Source: Candidatus Odinarchaeota archaeon
GTDB taxonomy: Archaea; Asgardarchaeota; Odinarchaeia; Odinarchaeales; Odinarchaeaceae
NCBI GenBank assembly: GCA_038826135.1
Contig: JAWBON010000003.1
Coordinates: forward strand, 5,690-37,689
Direction of reading: 5' to 3'
Length of the DNA stretch: 32,000 bases
Shown here: positions 27,217-32,000 of the stretch, one piece after another
How positions within the stretch are numbered: the stretch's first letter is position 1
Layout of the letters: every line of letters begins with the position of its first letter
Position numbers and translations under genes: made by a program
Notes under the pieces: generated by a model
What the model was told of the DNA's origin: nothing
The model's database searches: none
What the model saw: the letters and a program-made list of their open reading frames with translations, nothing else

Positions 27217-28038
27217 ATGCTATACACTATTTTAGCTTTATATTTATCTAAAATACCCTTATTCAAAAAACTAGGCTCACAGATAATATCAAACAGACTA
27301 ACCTCCGCATGCGTCTACTACCAGGACACCTACAATCTTAAACCTGAAGAAGTAGCTGCAAGCTGCATCGGCATAATTTTTATTACTGCACTCATAGGGG
27401 CGGGCGTTTTCATAACATACCGCTTGTTAATAATCCCCCCCATCACATCGATTATAGCAATCCTAGGAGCCGCGCTCTTCTATTATAAGATCATTGAAGA
27501 ATACGAGGGTGAAGCTAGAAAAATAGCTAAATACGTGGATCCTATAACTCAAGACTTCATATTCGCGCTTAAATCATCCTCATCAATATTTAACGCTATA
27601 AAATATGTTGCAAAAGCAGATTACCCTATAATCTCTGATAAATTTAAAGAAATAATATATAAGATAAATTTAGGCGAGAACCCCACTCTACTATTAGAAG
27701 AATTCATAGAAAAACAGCCGTCAAAAACATTAAGATACAATCTTCTATCTCTAATAAAAAATCAGGAACTAGACTTTTCATATGAAAATATACTAGGAGT
27801 TGAATCGCAGCGAACTCTAAGGGAAGAATACGAGAATTTTACAATGCAGCTTGAAAATAAAATAATGATCGCCGCTGCATCAAGCATTTTCCTACCGTTA
27901 ATAATAGGATTAGGTTTAATATTCTGGGGGTTCAGTGAATCCCCGATTTTTCTAATACTGATCCCCTTACACTTATTATTAAGTGTTCTTTTAAAAAAGA
28001 AATTGTTAAAACCGAGAGATGAGGTTTTTGAAAATTAA
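27217..28038 (+). CDS. TadB-like (T2SS-F domain) membrane platform protein
   Basis: TM pair, then AKADYPIISDKFKEII..INLGENP..LLEEF, then C-terminal TMs. GGAGG precedes the ATG at 27217. Confidence 0.78.
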   Translation: MLYTILALYLSKIPLFKKLGSQIISNRLTSACVYYQDTYNLKPEEVAASCIGIIFITALIGAGVFITYRLLIIPPITSIIAILGAALFYYKIIEEYEGEARKIAKYVDPITQDFIFALKSSSSIFNAIKYVAKADYPIISDKFKEIIYKINLGENPTLLLEEFIEKQPSKTLRYNLLSLIKNQELDFSYENILGVESQRTLREEYENFTMQLENKIMIAAASSIFLPLIIGLGLIFWGFSESPIFLILIPLHLLLSVLLKKKLLKPRDEVFEN

Positions 28039-28762
28039 CAGTAAATTAAATAAACTTGTAAACCCGACTGGTAAGAAGCGGATAGGTGAATTATTCGAAG
28101 TAGAGGATTTTCTAATACTTTTATCAAAAAACTTGTTAAATAATGTCAGCCCGGAGCTGGCTATGAAATTAGCTGTCAACCAGTTTAAAGGCGATTTAAA
28201 ACCAGTTTTTCAGGAGGCTGTAGAGGGCCTTTACACCGGTAGTAAATGCTTGAAGGATGCGGTTGAACAAATAATAAACTCATTATATAACCAGCAATCC
28301 AAACAGCTACTCCGCTATTTAATGGATCTTATAGACTACGATGCTAAAAAAAGAGCTCAAACAGTTATTAAAACACTCTACCGGTTAAAAGAAAACCAGC
28401 AATTATACTATAGACGACAAAGTATTTTGAAAGCTCAAGAATTTAAAATAAAATTCTTAGTAAATATTATGAGTATAGTGCTAGGAATGGTTTGCTCGCT
28501 AAGCCCGTGGTTTTCAATAACCTCCCTTCTCATAGAACTCGGTAACAGCGTCAACCCGTTCAACATTCAGATAAACCTCCACTCCGCACCCTATGCTTTC
28601 ATAACTTTCCTGTTAATATCAATTTTAAACGCGCACATACTTTACAACACTGTAAAAATCGAGCATGAAATATTATTCACATTAATAGCCCCGCTCCTAT
28701 TCTTAACCGCATATATCTCAGGTAGCATAATACTGTCAACAATTCTACAAGGCTGGGTTTAA
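28019..28762 (+). CDS. TadC-like membrane platform protein
   Basis: VSPELAMK helical T2SS-F-like domain followed by three TMs; downstream of the TadB-like gene. Confidence 0.7.
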   Translation: MRFLKINSKLNKLVNPTGKKRIGELFEVEDFLILLSKNLLNNVSPELAMKLAVNQFKGDLKPVFQEAVEGLYTGSKCLKDAVEQIINSLYNQQSKQLLRYLMDLIDYDAKKRAQTVIKTLYRLKENQQLYYRRQSILKAQEFKIKFLVNIMSIVLGMVCSLSPWFSITSLLIELGNSVNPFNIQINLHSAPYAFITFLLISILNAHILYNTVKIEHEILFTLIAPLLFLTAYISGSIILSTILQGWV

Positions 28763-28796
28763 ATAATCCCGAATATACTAACAAAGGGCTTAAAAT

Positions 28797-28982
28797 ATGA
28801 AGTTCATTAAAAAACTACTAAAAGATCGAGGGGGCTCCCCTCTAGTTGAAGAGGGGCTTTTAGTAGGCTTAGCAATCCTAGCAATAGCGCTTCTAATAAT
28901 ACTGGTTATAAATATATTAAACTGGGCGGGTGTAAACATAGACCAGTTAATCTCAAATATCGGAAGCCTTCTACCGTTTTAA
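28797..28982 (+). CDS. Short Flp-like type IV pilin with class III signal peptide
   Basis: MKFIKKLLKDRGG|SPLVEEGLL followed by a hydrophobic helix: basic leader, Gly at -1, Glu at +5; about 48 aa mature. Confidence 0.8.
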   Translation: MKFIKKLLKDRGGSPLVEEGLLVGLAILAIALLIILVINILNWAGVNIDQLISNIGSLLPF

Positions 28983-29222
28983 AACATTCAGCTGTAAAAG
29001 GCAGCCCCTTGCAAAACCCGCGCATTTAATTTAGATTTAAAACTTGTATAATTCTATCCCTAAATTTTTCGTTATAATGAAGATCTTTTTTAAGAATTTG
29101 ATATATTACTTCGTCGTCAACGGTAAAAACATTCATATTAGCTAATTTCATTTTTGAGAATTTAAATATAATATTCTAAAAAGCGAATATTATGTAATAA
29201 AAATACTAATTAACTTGGTTTA

Positions 29223-29341
29223 TGGTGCTCCGGTCGGGATTTGAACCCGAGTGTCCCCTTATTTTTAGTAATCTAGGGGGCGACTGGGCAGGTTTTTATT
29301 CCTTGAGCCCCTGATGCTTGACCGGACTACACCACCGGAGC
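29223..29341 (-). tRNA. tRNA-Glu(CTC) with two BHB introns (29284-29304 at 34/35; 29253-29272 at 45/46), encoded CCA
   Basis: GCTCCGG/CCGGAGC acceptor stem and Glu-type D arm. After splicing, the anticodon arm is AGGGG-CTCTCGC-CCCCT and the variable loop is AGAC; mature length 78 nt. Confidence 0.9.
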
Positions 29342-29358
29342 GGTTATTAAATATATTT

Positions 29359-29568
29359 TCATTCAGCTGCTTGGCTTTTTCTCTTCTCTAATTGAACTAT
29401 ATGTGTGATATATCCTGCGATCTTATTTCTAACGCTTTTCGATTTAACCTCTGCGATCTCATCTATGATTTTCTTATTTTTTTCAAAATCATCTGTGAAC
29501 TTATCCGCATAGGTTTCGATAAGATCCCATACTAGATTTTTGATCGCGCTGGTTCTAACACGGCCCAT
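29359..29568 (-). CDS. rps17e: Small subunit ribosomal protein S17e
   Basis: MGRVRT..FTDDFEKNK..KSVRNKIAGYIT. GGAGG precedes the ATG at 29568. Confidence 0.96.
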   Translation of the reverse strand: MGRVRTSAIKNLVWDLIETYADKFTDDFEKNKKIIDEIAEVKSKSVRNKIAGYITHIVQLEKRKSQAAE

Positions 29569-29653
29569 TAGATCTCCTCCGATTAAATTTCGGTGCATTG
29601 ATTATTTTTAATAGTGTATTTAAATTTTAACATTAATGTTCAGCTCTGATGGT

Positions 29654-30181
29654 TTAAGGTTGAGGTGTAGCTGGGTTTAATATTTGCTCTATTACTTTTA
29701 TTTTTTTCAAAGCACCCCAAGCTAATATCGCTATAATTGCCGCTATCAGCGCGTTAACCATGTCGATGACTCCTGATGTTAAGGCGATGATAACAGTTCC
29801 CGGGGTTAATATGAACATGATGCTGAAAGTTGGTATGAAACCTCCAATTATCGATGGTGAAATTACAAGCATGATTATTTTAATTGCTGTATTGTTTTTA
29901 TCTTTCATTAAATCTGTTACAATCCCGGCTCCGACCCCTAGAAGCAAGTTTCCTATTAATGGAATCAACCAGAACTCGCCTGAGAAAACCGCTGCGTAGA
30001 TGCCGATTATGAGGCCGGTTAAACATCCAGGCCATAAACCTAATGTTATCCCTGAGAGAATCGGCATTATCATACCGGGGGTTATTTGAACACTATAACT
30101 TATAGGTATGGCTACGGTTCTAAGAGCTAAACCAGTAGCGGATAGAACGGCTATTAAAGATATTTTGAGAGTCGTGTTCAC
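29654..30181 (-). CDS. ECF transporter S component
   Basis: ISLIAVLSATGLAL..ILSGITLGLWPGCLTGLI pattern with six TMs. Confidence 0.75.
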   Translation of the reverse strand: MNTTLKISLIAVLSATGLALRTVAIPISYSVQITPGMIMPILSGITLGLWPGCLTGLIIGIYAAVFSGEFWLIPLIGNLLLGVGAGIVTDLMKDKNNTAIKIIMLVISPSIIGGFIPTFSIMFILTPGTVIIALTSGVIDMVNALIAAIIAILAWGALKKIKVIEQILNPATPQP

Positions 30182-30239
30182 GTTATCATCTCACAAATTT
30201 AATAAAGTCTACGCGTATTCCTTTAATAGGGTGTTGCGG

Positions 30240-30527
30240 ATGCCTGATTTACTATTAAAATTTCTTTCTACGCTTAAAGAGGTAACTGGTGTTCCGGAAA
30301 TAAGGCTTTCCCCTCCTATGAAGCTTAAAATAGGTGAGTTGCTGGATTTACTCGAGTTGAAAGGTGTAAAAATTAAAGGGCATATTCAAACCAGCGGGTC
30401 TAATGTTTATAGTGCATCGATGCTGATCTTAGTTAACGATTTGGAAATAAGTGTTTTAAAAGGTTTGGAGACTGAGTTAAAAGATGGGGATGTTATAACG
30501 TTTATCCCTGTGGTTCATGGCGGTTAA
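30240..30527 (+). CDS. Ubiquitin-like MoaD/ThiS/SAMP/Urm1-family protein
   Basis: Beta-grasp pattern LKFLSTLKEVTG..LILVND..ELKDGDVITFIPVVHGG with terminal GG. Start at ATG 30240; the upstream extension in the ORF track overlaps the divergent ECF gene. Confidence 0.9.
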   Translation: MPDLLLKFLSTLKEVTGVPEIRLSPPMKLKIGELLDLLELKGVKIKGHIQTSGSNVYSASMLILVNDLEISVLKGLETELKDGDVITFIPVVHGG

Positions 30528-31411
30528 AAAATAATCAAGTCTGTTTTCTTCTTAATCTGCTTAATTATCAGATATGTGATCACTATTCCCAAAGGTATTA
30601 TTACTGAAATTATTATGATTAGATAGGGTGCACCCTGAGTTTCTATTATTTTCGGGTTATAGTCAAATAACAGGTTTAAATTAAATAAACTAGATTTATA
30701 TTGTTGACTTTCAGCTGTTAAGATTCTGATATTGTAGTTTTTAGATCCTTCCAAAGGCGTGAAATTTATACTGAATAATCCGTCTTTGCTTGCTACTGAA
30801 ACATTTTCACAAAGTATTGTAGAGTCACTTAGAATCTGAGTGTTTACAATTATATTACTGATTTTATAGGCGGGGTTGTGACTGTTATATAATTCGAAAG
30901 TAATTTTTACATTTCCCTCATCTATAGATGTTACAGTTTTTATTTCACAGGCGGGGCTGGCTCTCTGAACATAAAAGTATACGCTTGAATTATCGTAGAA
31001 TATATCCGTGGCTGTTTGAATAACTAAATCTAGCTGAGCGAAGGCTAAAGCTCCTGACAACCCCGGCATCCAGTTTTCAGGTAATAATGGAAAGCTCACA
31101 GATCTCTCCACATAGGTTTCCGGCTCTGTGAATATTCTTTCAAAGATTATGTGCGTAGTGTTTCTAAGTCTAAATATAGCGTATCCCCGCTCTGTTTGAG
31201 GATTATATTGGAGTGTATAGCCTCCTATAATTGTCACGTTCATACCTAGCTCGGCAGGGATAGGGCCCACGCCGACGCCGTAATTGAATATTTCGTAAGG
31301 TGTACTTTTTACAGGTATCGCTGGCGTAAAATATTGGGTAAGTAGGATAGTAAATAAAACTAGTAGCAGCAAGTTTTTTCTTTTCAAATTTACCCTACTG
31401 TTTGTTATCAA
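30524..31411 (-). CDS. Secreted, C-terminally membrane-anchored hypothetical protein
   Basis: KRK plus a hydrophobic signal, a beta-rich body, then a C-terminal TM followed by KQIKKK. Confidence 0.75.
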   Translation of the reverse strand: MITNSRVNLKRKNLLLLVLFTILLTQYFTPAIPVKSTPYEIFNYGVGVGPIPAELGMNVTIIGGYTLQYNPQTERGYAIFRLRNTTHIIFERIFTEPETYVERSVSFPLLPENWMPGLSGALAFAQLDLVIQTATDIFYDNSSVYFYVQRASPACEIKTVTSIDEGNVKITFELYNSHNPAYKISNIIVNTQILSDSTILCENVSVASKDGLFSINFTPLEGSKNYNIRILTAESQQYKSSLFNLNLLFDYNPKIIETQGAPYLIIIISVIIPLGIVITYLIIKQIKKKTDLIIF

Positions 31412-31433
31412 AATTTAATTTAAACACCACATT

Positions 31434-31754
31434 TTAGTGATTATACCAGAGGGAGAAAAAGCTTCTAAGCGCGCGGGCTCTTATATTCTCCTCTTTTAAG
31501 CGGTATATTCTAATTCTTCCAAAGTTTTTCTCCTGTATAATACCTGCTTTGCTTAGAAAATCAAGATGTTGAATAGTTGTCCCGTAATTGAGGCGTGCTC
31601 TTTTACCTATCTCGGAGACATTAAGTTCGCCCTCCTCAACTAATATCTTTAATATTTTAACACGTCCTCTGGAGGCGAATACATCCTCTATAGGTACCTG
31701 TGACTGTAAGTATTCTTCTCCCCCTCGCTCACCATTAATGATCGTCTTCTTCAA
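31434..31754 (-). CDS. ArsR-like winged-helix protein coupled to the second cdc6
   Basis: IEDVFASRGRVKILKIL..ELNVSEI..NYGTTIQHL..GRIRIYR; overlaps the upstream cdc6 stop. Confidence 0.82.
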   Translation of the reverse strand: MKKTIINGERGGEEYLQSQVPIEDVFASRGRVKILKILVEEGELNVSEIGKRARLNYGTTIQHLDFLSKAGIIQEKNFGRIRIYRLKEENIRARALRSFFSLWYNH

Positions 31755-32000
31755 CTGACAACCACCTCACTAACTCGCTTTCTAAAATCTCCGCAGGCGC
31801 ATCCCCTATTCCTATAATTGTCGTCTTACCTCGCATTCCCTTTCCTGAAATCCGCGCGTTTATTAGTCCTAGTCTGCTTAAAGACTTCACTCTATCCCAT
31901 AGTTGGGTGTGAGACCTGGGTTTTTCGCTGTATTCTTCACATACTAATTGATAGGTTTTCTCAATTAATCCGATTGTTGCATAAGCTTCTTCGCTTCTAG
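31735..32000 (-). CDS. cdc6: Second Orc1/Cdc6 paralog, C-terminal winged-helix domain only (5' part outside the window)
   Basis: Hand translation: ..TYQLVCEEYSEKPRSHTQLWDRVKSLSRLGLINARISGKGMRGKTTII..; PRxHTQ and G-RG-TT are Cdc6 wH motifs. Absent from the ORF track. Confidence 0.88.
   Translation of the reverse strand, partial: RSEEAYATIGLIEKTYQLVCEEYSEKPRSHTQLWDRVKSLSRLGLINARISGKGMRGKTTIIGIGDAPAEILESELVRWLSVEEDDH

Noticed and set aside
29223-29341. tRNA-Leu(CAA) reading of the third tRNA
   Set aside because: No long variable arm, Glu-type acceptor and D arms, and no BHB at 37/38. A 34/35 intron gives a perfect BHB and anticodon CTC.
30108-30239. N-terminal extension of the ubiquitin-like protein
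   Set aside because: It overlaps the start and promoter of the divergent ECF gene, and beta-grasp similarity begins at ATG 30240.
31818-32000. Plus-strand 60-aa ORF at the window end
   Set aside because: It is antisense to the clearly recognisable Cdc6 winged-helix coding region.

Overview
AT-rich archaeal chromosomal segment. The gene set (PolD small subunit, FtsZ2-type FtsZ, SmAP3, Alba, HGG-ending ubiquitin-like protein, two Cdc6/Orc1 paralogs) fits an Asgard archaeon, probably Odinarchaeia-like; this placement is inference. The window contains a likely replication origin (two inverted ORBs at about 15.7-16.0 kb near cdc6 and DP1), a four-subunit 2-oxoacid:ferredoxin oxidoreductase operon, ftsZ, tgtA and a Tad/Flp-like pilus locus. 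All three tRNA genes carry bulge-helix-bulge (BHB) introns, five in total, four at non-canonical positions; one splits the Glu anticodon. Main finding: a 27-nt intron with a textbook BHB motif inside a protein-coding gene (DUF355 adenosine-specific-kinase family, 7965-8513, minus strand). It contains two in-frame TAA stops, and removing it at the standard BHB cut sites restores a 173-aa reading frame. This points to tRNA-endonuclease-type pre-mRNA splicing. Secondary candidates are an origin-proximal triad (helical protein, ExeA-like AAA+ ATPase, RHH protein) that could be a non-ParA partition system, and an FtsZ insertion at the position of the tubulin M-loop.
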